A stretch of DNA of 48,399 nucleotides, taken from Chthonomonadales bacterium (GTDB lineage: Bacteria; Armatimonadota; Chthonomonadetes; Chthonomonadales; Chthonomonadaceae). This document shows, in pieces, positions 37,684-48,101 of the stretch (within the stretch, counting starts at the first letter, position 1; every line of letters begins with the position of its first letter). The stretch lies in assembly GCA_038217285.1 (NCBI GenBank), contig JBBQPO010000012.1, positions 1-48,399 on the forward strand, given 5' to 3'. Position numbers and translations under genes: made by a program. The notes below the pieces were generated by a model. The model worked only from the letters and a program-made list of their open reading frames with translations. It ran no database searches and was not told the DNA's origin.

Positions 37684-37772
37684 AGGTTCACGGAGGAAAG
37701 GTTTCTAGACATAGACTGAGTATACCCGCCGGGACGATAGGATTCGGTGAACTGACGCTCCATCGTCCGGCT

Positions 37773-40700
37773 TCAGGGTTTTCGACGGGCCGGTGAAGAG
37801 GGAGCGGATGCCGCGGATTCCCCTATAGGCCTCAGATTCGCCTTCGCCAGAAGCGCATTGAAGGCGGAGATATCCGCGCTCTTGAGCTGTTCCCAGGCTT
37901 TCGTGGCTTTCTGAAGATCGGATTCGGTCGAGAGAACGGCCTTGCGCATCGCTTCATTGGGAACCATGTCGCCGGAATCGAGCGTGTTGAGTTGGCGACC
38001 GGAGGCGCTGTTGATGCTATAGAAGGTGGGCTGACTGGGCGGAGCGCCCGCGCCGCCACCCCCTCCGCCGCCGGGACGCCGGCCGAAACCTGCAGCGCCG
38101 CCGATGGATGCGAGTTTGGTGTCGAGCAAGTGAGCGGCGGTCGCGACGTCCGCAGGCGGATTCTCCTTGATAAGCCCCGCAAGGGACGACCTGATGGCTC
38201 CGACCTCATGGTAGCCGTCCCAGGACTCCTGGGAGCACCGATAGAGACTCATCTGAAGCTCATGCTGCTCACGGAGGTCGCCGGAAGAGGCAGGGGAGCG
38301 GGGATCGTTCTTCACGGTCACTGTCTGCAGGTAGGATTTGCCTTGCACGGTCAGCGTTAGCGTGTAGACGCCGGGAAGGGCCAGGGGCCCTTCCGGGGAA
38401 GCGGGTGTCTGGCCGGGGTTCGCGTTAATCTCATAGGAGTGGCTGAAGGCTGCCGGACTGTCGTACCGCAGGTTCCAGTTCGTCCGGTTCAGGCCGGGGG
38501 CAGTCGGTAGAGGCGAGGGTTTCTCTACCCAGAAATTCGGGACCGGCGGCGGCGGTTCGGACAGGGTGGGAACCGGGGCGCTGGACAGGCGCCGCACGAT
38601 GCGCCCATGTGCGTCGCGAACCTCCAGCGTGACGTCGCCAGACGGATGGGAACCAAGATAGTAGTAGAGAATAGCGCCCGCAGGGGCGTTTTCAGCGTGG
38701 GGAATCTCCGGGGGAAAGGGCGTGTCGCCGTTCACATTGCGGCGCACCCGCGTGGCTGCGGCGATCTTGAACAGATGCACCGGCTCAGAGGTGACCGACG
38801 GTACGATCTGGCGCAGGGGCGAGATGTCGTCGAGAATCCAAAATCCGCGTCCGTAGGTTCCTACGACCAGGTCGTTGTCCTTGACCACCATGTCCCGATA
38901 GGAGGTGTTCGGCAGGTTGAGCAGGAGACTCTGCCAGTGGTCGCCGTCGTCGAAGGAGACGTAGACCGCGCTTTCGGTGCCAGCAAAGAGGAGGCCCGCC
39001 CGCTCGGTATCTGCTCGGATGACGCGTGCGAAGCTGCCGCCTGTCTGATCCTCCGGCAGTCCGGTGATGATCGCCGTCCAGGTCTTACCGAAGTCATGGG
39101 TACGGTAGAGATAGGGTTTGTAGTCGCCCATCCCATGGCAGTCCACGGCCGCATACGCGGTTCCTGCGTCCAGATGCGACGCGTCGAGTGCCGAAATATC
39201 GGCGCGGGTGGGGTTCGGAAGACCGGGAATGGTGACGTCGTCCCAGGTGTTGCCATGGTCGCGCGATAGTTTGATCAGACCGTTGCTGGTGCCGGTCCAG
39301 ATCACCTTCCCGTCGACGCTGGAGGCCGAGATCGATTCGATGGCCCCGCTGCCTGCCGCGCGCTGGGCTTCGATCTCCTCTTCATTGCCCTGTTCTTCGT
39401 CGCCGTCCTGGTCATCGCTTTCCGGTGGCGACTGACCCCCGACTGCGCCCGCCGTTGCCGGGCGAAATGGCGCGGCTGGAGCCGTAGGCGCTTTCTCCCC
39501 CGGCTTCAACGTCAGGTCAGGACCGAGTTTGCGCCAGCGCTTGCCGCCGTCGGTGGTCGCCATCAGATACTGGAATCCGGCGAAGAGTTCGTGCGGGTCT
39601 GTCCGCGAGAAAAGCAGAGGTTGGTTGCCGACCTTACGGAGCCCAAGGCTCGAATCCTGGCTGGGGCTAACGTTAATCCACTGGCCGCTGGGGTAGGTCG
39701 TCTTGACGATGCCTCCTCCCGGCCCGCCGGCATAGCTCACCTTCGGATTCAGAGGATCGGCAACGATCGATCCGAACTCATAGCCGGGGTGCGGCAGCCA
39801 GTCCATCGGCGTGATCGCGCCCAGGTTGCCCCGGCTGCTCGTTGCGATCGAGCCGCTGTCCTGCTGGGTGGCGTAGACCCAGTAGGGGAACTGATTGTCC
39901 ACGGAGATGTGATAGACCTGCGCCGTCGACTGGTTGTACCAGGAGCTCCAGTTCAGGCCGCCGTCGAGCGAGATGGTCGCGCCCTGATCTGTGCCGAAAC
40001 AGAGGCGCTTGCCGTCCGTGGGGTCGATCCACAACTGCTGCGGATCGTCTCCTCCGGGAGCGCCTTTGAATCCTGTGAAGGTCTGACCTCCGTCGGTGGA
40101 TCGGTAGCAGCAGGTGTTGACGACGTAGACGATGTCAGGATTCTGCGAATCGACGTACACGCCGCAGTTGTAGCCACCCTGACCGTTGGAGACACGCAGG
40201 TCGGCGGCGTCCATGTGCCGCCATGTGTCGCCGCCATCGTCCGAGCGGTAGAGGCCGAAATTCCCGACCAGATACATGCGCTGGGAGTTCGTATTCATGG
40301 CGATAGCAACGGAGGTTCTGCCGGTAATTTCCGGCTGCCCATCGCCATCGAGCTCCTTCCAGGTCAGCCCCTCGTCGGTTGACTTGTAGAGTCCGCCCAG
40401 CGCGGGCGCTGGCCTCTGTCTCACCCCACCCGGAACGACCGCCGCACCAGGAACGACAGGAACGACCGGAGCGCCCGGAATGCCCGGAATGCCCGGCCCA
40501 CCCGGAACGCCTGGGCCTCGGGCCTGTCCGGGGGCGTTGTAGTAGTGCATAGTCGTGGCCAGCATCACGTTCGGGTGGTCGAAGGCCCAGGCGATCTTCT
40601 GAACGCCGGTTTCGTTCCCGGTGCGGAGCGTCTTCGTCCACGTGTGGCCGCCGTCCGTGCTCCGGTAGAGGCCCCGCGCCTCGGATTTGGCGATTATCGA

Positions 40701-41198
40701 GCCCTGTGCGGCGACCATGACGATATTCGGGTCGTGCGGGTCTACGAGGATCGACGGGATGTGTTCGGTACTGTCAAGTCCCAGGTGCTGCCACGTTGCG
40801 CCTGCATTCGACGACTTGTAGACGCCATTACCACGGTTGATGCCTCCGCCCGAGATCATGTCGCCCATACCAGCGTAGATAATCTTCGGATCGGAGGGAG
40901 CGACCTGTATTGCGCCCACAGAAGAGGCTTCCTTGACCGCGTCGAATATGGGGTACCAGGTCGCGCCCGCACTCGTGGTTTTCCAAATGCCCCCCAGAGG
41001 AAGCCCCATATAGTACACGCCCGGCTGCCCGACAGCGCCGGTCACGGCGGAGACACGCCCGCCACGGAAGGGGCCGATATTGCGCCACACCAGGCCGGAG
41101 ATAAGGCTCTGCGGCATGGACTGCGCGCCTCCCGACGCACAGAAGGTAACGAGAGCCAAGAATAGGGTAGGGAACAGAAGCCGTGTAACGCGTTGCAT
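37773..41198 (-). CDS. Secreted VPS10/sortilin-like BNR-repeat protein (putative glycosyl hydrolase)
   Basis: WRNIGPFRGGRV, many SxDGGxTW Asp-box repeats, GTYGRGFWILDDISPLRQ and GLNRTNWNLRY motifs. Confidence 0.88.
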   Translation of the reverse strand: MQRVTRLLFPTLFLALVTFCASGGAQSMPQSLISGLVWRNIGPFRGGRVSAVTGAVGQPGVYYMGLPLGGIWKTTSAGATWYPIFDAVKEASSVGAIQVAPSDPKIIYAGMGDMISGGGINRGNGVYKSSNAGATWQHLGLDSTEHIPSILVDPHDPNIVMVAAQGSIIAKSEARGLYRSTDGGHTWTKTLRTGNETGVQKIAWAFDHPNVMLATTMHYYNAPGQARGPGVPGGPGIPGIPGAPVVPVVPGAAVVPGGVRQRPAPALGGLYKSTDEGLTWKELDGDGQPEITGRTSVAIAMNTNSQRMYLVGNFGLYRSDDGGDTWRHMDAADLRVSNGQGGYNCGVYVDSQNPDIVYVVNTCCYRSTDGGQTFTGFKGAPGGDDPQQLWIDPTDGKRLCFGTDQGATISLDGGLNWSSWYNQSTAQVYHISVDNQFPYWVYATQQDSGSIATSSRGNLGAITPMDWLPHPGYEFGSIVADPLNPKVSYAGGPGGGIVKTTYPSGQWINVSPSQDSSLGLRKVGNQPLLFSRTDPHELFAGFQYLMATTDGGKRWRKLGPDLTLKPGEKAPTAPAAPFRPATAGAVGGQSPPESDDQDGDEEQGNEEEIEAQRAAGSGAIESISASSVDGKVIWTGTSNGLIKLSRDHGNTWDDVTIPGLPNPTRADISALDASHLDAGTAYAAVDCHGMGDYKPYLYRTHDFGKTWTAIITGLPEDQTGGSFARVIRADTERAGLLFAGTESAVYVSFDDGDHWQSLLLNLPNTSYRDMVVKDNDLVVGTYGRGFWILDDISPLRQIVPSVTSEPVHLFKIAAATRVRRNVNGDTPFPPEIPHAENAPAGAILYYYLGSHPSGDVTLEVRDAHGRIVRRLSSAPVPTLSEPPPPVPNFWVEKPSPLPTAPGLNRTNWNLRYDSPAAFSHSYEINANPGQTPASPEGPLALPGVYTLTLTVQGKSYLQTVTVKNDPRSPASSGDLREQHELQMSLYRCSQESWDGYHEVGAIRSSLAGLIKENPPADVATAAHLLDTKLASIGGAAGFGRRPGGGGGGGAGAPPSQPTFYSINSASGRQLNTLDSGDMVPNEAMRKAVLSTESDLQKATKAWEQLKSADISAFNALLAKANLRPIGESAASAPSSPARRKP

Positions 41199-41289
41199 AC
41201 TGGTTGTCCTCGGGGCGGAAGAGGGGTAGGAATGGCCGTCATCCTGAATACAGAATCTCGTGCCGATGGATAAGTCCGTCGTGTTCGCG

Positions 41290-42237
41290 TCAGCCGTGCC
41301 GTAGCCAGTGCACCTGTTCAGGCGTCAGGGGGACGGCAGTCGCGCCGAAAATTTCAACGAGGTGCGCGGGATTGGTGGTTCCGGTAAGGGGCACGATAGG
41401 GTAGGGCTGATGCAGAAGCCACGCGATGGCGATCTGCGTGGGCGAACAACCGAGTTTTGACGCCAGCGACTGTGCACGTTCGCGCCGCGCCTCATTGGCC
41501 GGATTAGCATCCGGTTTGGCTTCGTCGGAGGTGCGGGCGAAATAGCCGGTGCCTGTCGCGGAGTAGGCGACAAGTGGCATTTGCGTCGCGGTATGCCATG
41601 TCTCTTCGTCTCTCGTGACATAGCGCATGGTGGGCTCCGGGCCGATCTTCCAGTCCGGATCGGCCAGACTGGCCATGACGGAGGAGACGACGAAACCGTG
41701 CAGACCGTGGCGGGAGGCATAGTCGTTCGCGGCAGCGATACGTGGCACCGACCAGTTGCTCGCTCCGAGGGATCGAAGTCTGCCGCGCTCGATCTCCTTG
41801 TTCAGCATGCCGATGATCTCCGCGACAGGTAAGCGCGGGTCGTCGCGATGCAGATAGTAGAGATCGATCCGCTCATCCCCGAGCCGCTCGATACTCTCGT
41901 CGATGTCCGATGTGATCAGCTTTTCTGAGAGGTAACCGTCCGGGCGTTGATAGGCGTCGCCTGCATCCGGATGTCCCCCCTTCGTCGCCACGATGACCTG
42001 ATCGCGTAGTCCGAGGCGGCGGAGGCTGGCTCCAAGTTCGCGCTCGCTGGCTCCGTCGCCATTCTGTTCCCAGAAGAGGTAGCAGTGGGCTGTATCGAAG
42101 AAGTTGCCGCCCGCTTCCAGATAGGCCGAGACGAGGCGATCCGTTTTGTCTCCCCGCGTCGTGGTTCCGAATCCACCCATTCCAAAACAGAGTGCCGAAA
42201 CCTCGAACTCCGTTCCCGGCAGTTGCCTTCGTTGCAT
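41290..42237 (-). CDS. Aldo/keto reductase
   Basis: GGNFFDTAHCY, IVATKGG, IDLYYLHRDD, LGASNW and QIAIAWLL motifs. ATG 42237 follows GAAAGGA. Confidence 0.92.
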   Translation of the reverse strand: MQRRQLPGTEFEVSALCFGMGGFGTTTRGDKTDRLVSAYLEAGGNFFDTAHCYLFWEQNGDGASERELGASLRRLGLRDQVIVATKGGHPDAGDAYQRPDGYLSEKLITSDIDESIERLGDERIDLYYLHRDDPRLPVAEIIGMLNKEIERGRLRSLGASNWSVPRIAAANDYASRHGLHGFVVSSVMASLADPDWKIGPEPTMRYVTRDEETWHTATQMPLVAYSATGTGYFARTSDEAKPDANPANEARRERAQSLASKLGCSPTQIAIAWLLHQPYPIVPLTGTTNPAHLVEIFGATAVPLTPEQVHWLRHG

Positions 42238-42386
42238 GCTCCGTAAGTTCCTTTCCAGGACCGGCTCTCGGGAGTGACCGGCTCCAGTAACGATTCGATT
42301 CTGAATTTCAAAACCGCTGAATCGGGGTACAATACCTGCGACGCGATGCGGCGACAGAACTATTTGGGCGGTGTGAAGGAGACAGG

Positions 42387-42911
42387 ATGAGTACACTGCG
42401 GGCCGAAAGCCTGATTCGCGACGTGCCGGATTTCCCCAAACCCGGTATTCTGTTCAAAGATATTACCCCGGTTGTGCAGGATTATGAGGCGTTGAAGGAA
42501 GTGACCGAACATCTGGCAGAGTGGGCGCGCGCGAAGAACGTCGATGCCATTGTCGGCATCGAAGCGCGTGGGTTCATTTTCGGCGTACCGGTCGCCATGG
42601 CGCTCGGGGTCGGATTCGTGCCTCTGCGTAAACTCGGCAAACTGCCCAGCAACACGATTGCGGAAGAATATGCCCTGGAGTATGGAACCAATACCGTCGA
42701 AATGCACTCCGATTCTCTGCATCCCGGCCAGAAAGTCATCATCATCGACGACCTTCTCGCCACAGGGGGCACGGCGGCGGCGGCGGCGCGGCTGGTCGAG
42801 CGTTTAGGCGCGGAAGTCGTCGGGTTCGGCTTTCTCGTGGAACTCGGCTTCCTCGATGGCCGTAAAGCGCTCGACCGGTACGAAATCCAGGCGCTGCTGC
42901 GCTACGATTAG
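42387..42911 (+). CDS. apt: Adenine phosphoribosyltransferase
   Basis: IRDVPDFPKPGILFKDIT, GIEARGF, YALEYG and IIDDLLATGGT motifs. Confidence 0.97.
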   Translation: MSTLRAESLIRDVPDFPKPGILFKDITPVVQDYEALKEVTEHLAEWARAKNVDAIVGIEARGFIFGVPVAMALGVGFVPLRKLGKLPSNTIAEEYALEYGTNTVEMHSDSLHPGQKVIIIDDLLATGGTAAAAARLVERLGAEVVGFGFLVELGFLDGRKALDRYEIQALLRYD

Positions 42912-42967
42912 GCTCCGATAGGGGACAGTCCCGTACTTGCCGGACTGCGAGGGTGAAAACTGCGACG

Positions 42968-42990
42968 GGACGGAGCTTATGGCTCCGTCC
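42968..42990. terminator. Hairpin between convergent apt and YeaQ-like genes
   Basis: ggacggagc-ttatg-gctccgtcc, a 9-bp perfect stem. Confidence 0.5.
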
Positions 42991-43053
42991 AGTCTATGTT
43001 CAGAAACGTCAATCGCTATGTCGTCTCTATTCAGTCTATCGACGAACCTCGTG

Positions 43054-43311
43054 TCAGGCAGCGTTGCGACGACCGGTGACGGCCCGCAGCACGAAGAGTA
43101 GAATGACCGCTCCAGCGAAAGCGATGACTGTGGTCATGATGATGCTGCTGGAGGCAATGCCGAACATACCGGCGATGAAACCGCCGATAAGCGCACCCAG
43201 AACTCCCACGATGAGGTCGCCGAGAATGCCGCCAGGGCCTTCGCCCGGTACGACGACTTTGGCCAGGAAGCCAGCAATGATACCGACGACGATCCATGCT
43301 AAGATGCCCAT
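43054..43311 (-). CDS. GlsB/YeaQ/YmgE family stress-response membrane protein
   Basis: MGILAWIVVGIIAGFLAKVVVPG..GILGDLIVGVLGALIGG..AFAGAVILL. ATG 43311 follows GAGGAG. Confidence 0.93.
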   Translation of the reverse strand: MGILAWIVVGIIAGFLAKVVVPGEGPGGILGDLIVGVLGALIGGFIAGMFGIASSSIIMTTVIAFAGAVILLFVLRAVTGRRNAA

Positions 43312-43511
43312 TTTTGTTATCTCCTCTGTGCCGTCCGCACATCCCGTCAGGGGGTAGCGGGCGAGAACTGTGCCGTTGTTAAGTGTGTTGAAAACGTATT
43401 GAGGAAGGGGCAGAAGTGTCAGCTTCCGTTCCATCGCACCGTCATTTCAAATGACGTGAACTGCTCGCACTGTGTTCCCAGATTTTATGGTCGGAAGGAG
43501 ACGTTTGTCTT

Positions 43512-44636
43512 ATGGCCCGTCCGCTCTTCTTTTATTCTGAAGCCTTCGCCGGTTATGACTTCGGTCCCCAGCATCCGCTCAAGACGCGACGGCTGGGAAT
43601 GACGTATCGACTGCTCGACTCCTATGGTGTGTTCGAATCCGCGCTTGAGGTCGTTACGCCACTGCATGCCGATGAAGAAGAGGTAGGCGAAACGCACAGT
43701 TTGGACTATCTGGAAGCGCTCAGCCGGATGGACCGGGAAGGGATGATTGCGAGTGCGCGCCGCTACGGGGTCGGCACCGGCGATGTGCCCTTCTTCCCTG
43801 AGATCTACGGCTCCTCGCTTCTCTATACCGGGGCCTCCGCCCAGGCTGCGCAGGCCATTATCGATGGCGCAGGCGGAGGGCGAGTGGCCTTCAATATCTC
43901 CGGGGGGCTCCATCATGCCCACTATGCGCGTGCCGCCGGGTTCTGTGTGTTGAACGACTGTGCGGTCGCCCTGCGGCGCCTGCACCGCAAGTACAGCCGC
44001 GTCGCCTACGTGGACATCGACGTGCATCACGGCGACGGCGTTCAGGAACTGTTCTTCGACGACCCGTCGGTTTTGACAATCTCTCTGCATGAGTCGGGCC
44101 GCACCCTTTTCCCCGGAACCGGCTATACCGATGAGATCGGAGTGGGCGCCGGCGAGGGCTACGCCGTCAATCTTCCCTTCGCGCCTTATACCGACGATGC
44201 CACCTGGATCGCGGCCTGGCGGGCAGGACCATTGCCGATCCTGCGAGCCTTCGATCCGGAGGCGATCGTGCTGCAGATGGGGACAGACACGCATCTCCTG
44301 GACCCTCTGGCGCATCTCTGCTTGACCGCGCAGGGCTGGCTGGAAGCGGTAAAAGACGTCCAGGCTCTCGGTAAGCCCATTGTCGCCGTGGGGGGCGGTG
44401 GATACAATCTGACGACTGTCACGAGGATGTGGACCCTGGCCGTAACCACCCTGGCAGGCCTCGACGTTCCAGATACGGTTCCAGCCTCCTATCGGCACCG
44501 TGACGAAGTTCCTACCTTGCGGGACCACTACGCCTTCGACATACCCGCCCGTGAGACGAAAGTCGCGCGCGACTTCGCCTCCAGATCCGTGGACGAACTG
44601 CAAAACCTGCTCTTTCGGCGTTTTGGACTCTCCTGA
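43512..44636 (+). CDS. acuC: Acetoin utilization protein AcuC / histone deacetylase family
   Basis: YDFGPQHPL, GGLHHA..AAGFCVLND, YVDIDVHHGDGVQ, SLHESG.LFPGTG, DPLAHL and GGGGY motifs. Confidence 0.88.
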   Translation: MARPLFFYSEAFAGYDFGPQHPLKTRRLGMTYRLLDSYGVFESALEVVTPLHADEEEVGETHSLDYLEALSRMDREGMIASARRYGVGTGDVPFFPEIYGSSLLYTGASAQAAQAIIDGAGGGRVAFNISGGLHHAHYARAAGFCVLNDCAVALRRLHRKYSRVAYVDIDVHHGDGVQELFFDDPSVLTISLHESGRTLFPGTGYTDEIGVGAGEGYAVNLPFAPYTDDATWIAAWRAGPLPILRAFDPEAIVLQMGTDTHLLDPLAHLCLTAQGWLEAVKDVQALGKPIVAVGGGGYNLTTVTRMWTLAVTTLAGLDVPDTVPASYRHRDEVPTLRDHYAFDIPARETKVARDFASRSVDELQNLLFRRFGLS

Positions 44637-44712
44637 GCCTGTATCACGCCGCAGTCGGACGGGAGGGGATGCATGCCTCGCGTTTGATCGGCATGGCACT
44701 CCTTGATGGTGT

Positions 44713-46140
44713 TTACGCCTTTTCGAAGCGGGAGAGCCAGGGATGGCGCGCCTGGAAGCGCGACGCTTGTTCCGGGTTCACCATGTGCAGGAACGAGAGG
44801 TAACCTGCCGCGTAGAGCATCGCGTTTTTGCCGAGGCGCTCCGAGACGGCAGCAAAGCCTTCTGTCTCGCAGTGATGCAGGAAGGCACGGAAACGGCGCG
44901 TGTCCTGTCGCGAGACGCTCGGGGTCTCGTTGACGACCACGCCGGTGACTGCCTGCCGGTGTTGCGGGCGCATGACGCGTGTCTTCTCCTCGTTGATCAC
45001 ATGCCCCTCGGCTGCGATAACCGAGCGGGCAAGTCCGAGCAAGGGACCGACAGGAGCGTTACCTTCGGCATGCGAAAAGACGAGGTCATCGGCATAGCGC
45101 GTGTAGGCAAAGCCGAAGGCGGCGGCGAGGCCAGTCAGGCGGGCATCAAGCCGACGGCAGAGAATGTTGGTCAGCGCGGGTGAGGTGCAAGCGCCCTGCG
45201 GGAGGGATCGTGCGCCGAGTGCGATAAACCGCTTCTCGCCGTCCAGCGTCGCGGCGACCCGGGGGCTCTCTGTAGTGAGCAGAGCCAGCAGGGTCGCGAT
45301 ACCCTCGTTGTAACCGAAACTCGCGAACAGTCCCCGCACCCGGCGCATCCGGATAGACGGGAAGAAGTCTTTCAGGTCCAGACGAACCACTACCGCTTTC
45401 CCGGTGTGCTGCCGGGCGTTATCGAGGATCGAACGCCGGGCGCGAAACGCCATCGCCGCATCGTGTACCGCGATCTTGTTCAGGAGGTTTGTCAGTATCC
45501 AGCTCTGCCCAACGCGCAGGCGCCGTTTTGGGGAGGAGATGACCCGCAAACCGCCGCTTCGCTTGGGGATGGTAAATCGGGAATAGTGATCGACGGTGGC
45601 AGCGCCGCGATGATACGTCAGCCAACCCAGTTCTTGTGTGGTGATGCCGATCGCCTTCGCCAACTCTGCAGCCGTGGTCAGGAGAGGAAGCCTGAGGTCC
45701 GCGAGCTTTTCGGGATCTCCGCCTTCGTAGCGGAGGCCGGCCGAGAAGCCTTCGCCGAGGTATGGGAGCGTCGTCTGGCGGCGAACTCTGTCCTGTTCGT
45801 GCCGCTGGGCGTTGCGCTCCCGTGTCTCTGCGCGACGGACCTCTCTCGCCGCCCGAACCCGAACGATACGTTTCTTGCGGACCTCCTGCAGTAACTGCGC
45901 GACGTTGCCGTCTAGGCGCAGCTCCTTGTCGATCTCTCGCAGCTCCGCCTGGAGCGGACGGAGCTCGGCGTAGAGCGTCTGCAGTTTTGCCTCCGCCTCC
46001 TCGGCCGTTTTCTGGACGCCCTCCTCGGGAGGCCAGTAGCCGAGCCGCTCCATCTCCTCGCGAATGAACTCGGCCTTGCCGACCTCCTGGACGCGGGTGC
46101 GCCAGTTGGGCAGGCTCGATATGGTCGTCTCATCGCTCAC
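44713..46140 (-). CDS. Retron-type reverse transcriptase (Mx162-like, long N-terminal extension)
   Basis: [20 protein letters not shown], retron region [36 protein letters not shown] and region [13 protein letters not shown] 46140 overlaps the upstream TGA; 475 aa. The 804-aa ORF in the track is an over-extension. Confidence 0.92.
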   Translation of the reverse strand: MSDETTISSLPNWRTRVQEVGKAEFIREEMERLGYWPPEEGVQKTAEEAEAKLQTLYAELRPLQAELREIDKELRLDGNVAQLLQEVRKKRIVRVRAAREVRRAETRERNAQRHEQDRVRRQTTLPYLGEGFSAGLRYEGGDPEKLADLRLPLLTTAAELAKAIGITTQELGWLTYHRGAATVDHYSRFTIPKRSGGLRVISSPKRRLRVGQSWILTNLLNKIAVHDAAMAFRARRSILDNARQHTGKAVVVRLDLKDFFPSIRMRRVRGLFASFGYNEGIATLLALLTTESPRVAATLDGEKRFIALGARSLPQGACTSPALTNILCRRLDARLTGLAAAFGFAYTRYADDLVFSHAEGNAPVGPLLGLARSVIAAEGHVINEEKTRVMRPQHRQAVTGVVVNETPSVSRQDTRRFRAFLHHCETEGFAAVSERLGKNAMLYAAGYLSFLHMVNPEQASRFQARHPWLSRFEKA

Positions 46141-48098
46141 GATCTGCCCTCCAGCATCGCTTGAAACTGCGCTTCGGTCAATACAGCGACGCCCAGTTGC
46201 TGCGCCTTCGCCAGTTTGCTGCCCGCCTTGTCCCCCGCGACGAGATAGGTGGTGTTCTTGCTGACGCTGCCCGTCGCTGTTCCGCCCCTTGCCTGTACCA
46301 GCCCCTCGGCCTGATCGCGAGTGAAGAGCGTCAGAGCCCCCGTAAAGACGAATGTTTTGCCGGCGAAACAGGTCGGGTCGACGGTGGCGACAGGCTTGAT
46401 GTCCCGGCGCGCCACCTGGAGCGCCACCTGCTCGGCGACGACGATACTGGCCGCCAGTATATGAGGACAGGGGCCTTTCCGCAGCCGATCGCGCCGAAAA
46501 ATCGAACAGTCGCACTGCGCGTACTGCACACGTCCATCGCCGTCGATCTCCAGCACGACCTCCTGCTCTTTGCGCCCGCGGGCATCCTGCCTTACCATCG
46601 CCTCGCAGCGTACCCGCTCGGGTCGGGAAGCCGGAGGCTCCTCGCTGCCCCACTTTACCCCTTTTGAATCGATGATGCGTTTGGCCTGCGCGACGCGCCT
46701 GTCCTGTTCTGTCTCCGGGAACGCTACCGGAAACGGCAGCAGCGGACGCCAGCGATAGGCGCCCGTCACATGGTCGTACATCGCCTGTCCTCGCGCGCAG
46801 CAGTTTTGCAGAACATTCGTCGCCTCGTCCTGCTGGATTCCGAGACGCTGCGCCAGTTGCAGTGGCGTCAACGTCAGGTACTCCGCGAGAACGTATTCTG
46901 CCTGCGTGATCTGCTCCGGCTTCACCTCCGCTGTCGCCGCCAGTAGATCGAAGCGTGCGGCCTGCGCCCAGTCGTTCTTGGTCCATCCGGAGAGGCCGAG
47001 GTCGAAGCGCATCTCCTTCTGAAAGATCGTCCAGTAGGAGGGCATGCCCCCGCCGAGCAGCCGCACCTGCACGCGATCTGCATGCGGCAGAAGATGCTCC
47101 ATGACGAGGAGGCGCCGCCGCCCCCACAGCCGGATTTCGCCCTGGTAGTCGCCAGTGTAGACGTGTTCGGCTTCGCGAACCACGATATTCCAGGGCTCGA
47201 TGGTGATGGTCGGCCTTTCGCCCGGAGTAATCCCGAAGCGCAGGGAACGAGGACTGGTCTTCTCACGGCAGCGGCGCAGTACCGACAGAACCTCCGCCAT
47301 TGTCGCCGCGCTTAACTGCAGGTCGACCGCCCCGAACGCAGAGGCCGACTGCACCTGCAAAAAGCCGCGCACCCATGTCGGCGGCAGATCTATCTTCTTC
47401 TCGACGGCAGCGCCTGCGCCGGTCGCCACCGTCACGCCCTCCGCGCCTATCTGGAGGAAGGCAGGGCGGTAGCTGCGGATCCGGCGTATCTCGTCGGCGA
47501 GCGCGCGGCTGTAGTCGATATTGGTGGTGCCGAACCGCAGCTCCCCGAACGTCTCGAGCCGGTCCATCGGTACCGAGACGCGCCCGTAACTCGATTCATC
47601 CTGCGAGAAGACTTCGAACAACACGACATCGGGATGGACGCTCACGACAGGGTCGAGGACGTACCAGGCGTCCATGTCATTCTTGTAGAGCCATTTGAAG
47701 TATTTGCGCCTCTGGGCGTAGAAGACGCCGCCATAGGCGATATCTTTCAGGGGATGAGCCGCCTTCGAGAGCGCTCCTACCTTCGCCGCCACCTCTTTGC
47801 GTCGCGCGGTCAGCGCAGGCGTCCGTGCCGCCCTGTCTCGAAACTCGTCGCCCATCTCCTCCAGATACCGCTCCGCGACCCAGGTCTGGTAGACGGAATG
47901 GTTCTTGGGCGTTGATCGCAGATCGCCCGTGACCACCTCATAGAGCGCCAACATGACGCGGGCATAGGCGAGGCTATCGTTGACCATCGCTTCCAGGTGC
48001 ACGCCGGGGCGCGCCGCCTCGACCGGCATATCCAGATGCATGCCATCCGGTTCGAGCCTACCGTTGCCAGGACGCGCATAGTTTTGTGTGATCTCCAT
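46137..48098 (-). CDS. Winged-helix + SWIM zinc finger + BRCT protein (retron type XIII partner-like)
   Basis: [48 protein letters not shown], wHTH (LAQRLG..GQAMYD..GAYRWR), SWIM CDC..GPCPH and [42 protein letters not shown]. Confidence 0.88.
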   Translation of the reverse strand: MEITQNYARPGNGRLEPDGMHLDMPVEAARPGVHLEAMVNDSLAYARVMLALYEVVTGDLRSTPKNHSVYQTWVAERYLEEMGDEFRDRAARTPALTARRKEVAAKVGALSKAAHPLKDIAYGGVFYAQRRKYFKWLYKNDMDAWYVLDPVVSVHPDVVLFEVFSQDESSYGRVSVPMDRLETFGELRFGTTNIDYSRALADEIRRIRSYRPAFLQIGAEGVTVATGAGAAVEKKIDLPPTWVRGFLQVQSASAFGAVDLQLSAATMAEVLSVLRRCREKTSPRSLRFGITPGERPTITIEPWNIVVREAEHVYTGDYQGEIRLWGRRRLLVMEHLLPHADRVQVRLLGGGMPSYWTIFQKEMRFDLGLSGWTKNDWAQAARFDLLAATAEVKPEQITQAEYVLAEYLTLTPLQLAQRLGIQQDEATNVLQNCCARGQAMYDHVTGAYRWRPLLPFPVAFPETEQDRRVAQAKRIIDSKGVKWGSEEPPASRPERVRCEAMVRQDARGRKEQEVVLEIDGDGRVQYAQCDCSIFRRDRLRKGPCPHILAASIVVAEQVALQVARRDIKPVATVDPTCFAGKTFVFTGALTLFTRDQAEGLVQARGGTATGSVSKNTTYLVAGDKAGSKLAKAQQLGVAVLTEAQFQAMLEGRS

Positions 48099-48101
48099 CG
48101 T

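Noticed and set aside
44637-44712. Intergenic hairpin as the retron msr-msd
   Set aside because: Only 76 nt with one imperfect stem and no evident a1/a2 repeats; more simply a terminator for convergent genes.
44713-46140. RT as a group II intron or DGR
   Set aside because: It has retron NAxxH and VTG motifs, no maturase domain, no room for an intron RNA, and no template/variable repeat pair was seen.
46141-47127. Apparent 804-aa RT with a roughly 330-aa N-terminal extension overlapping the SWIM-BRCT gene
   Set aside because: The extension is Arg/Gly/Ala-rich off-frame sequence typical of high-GC DNA. GTG 46140 overlapping the upstream TGA, with GGAGG before it, is the more plausible start.
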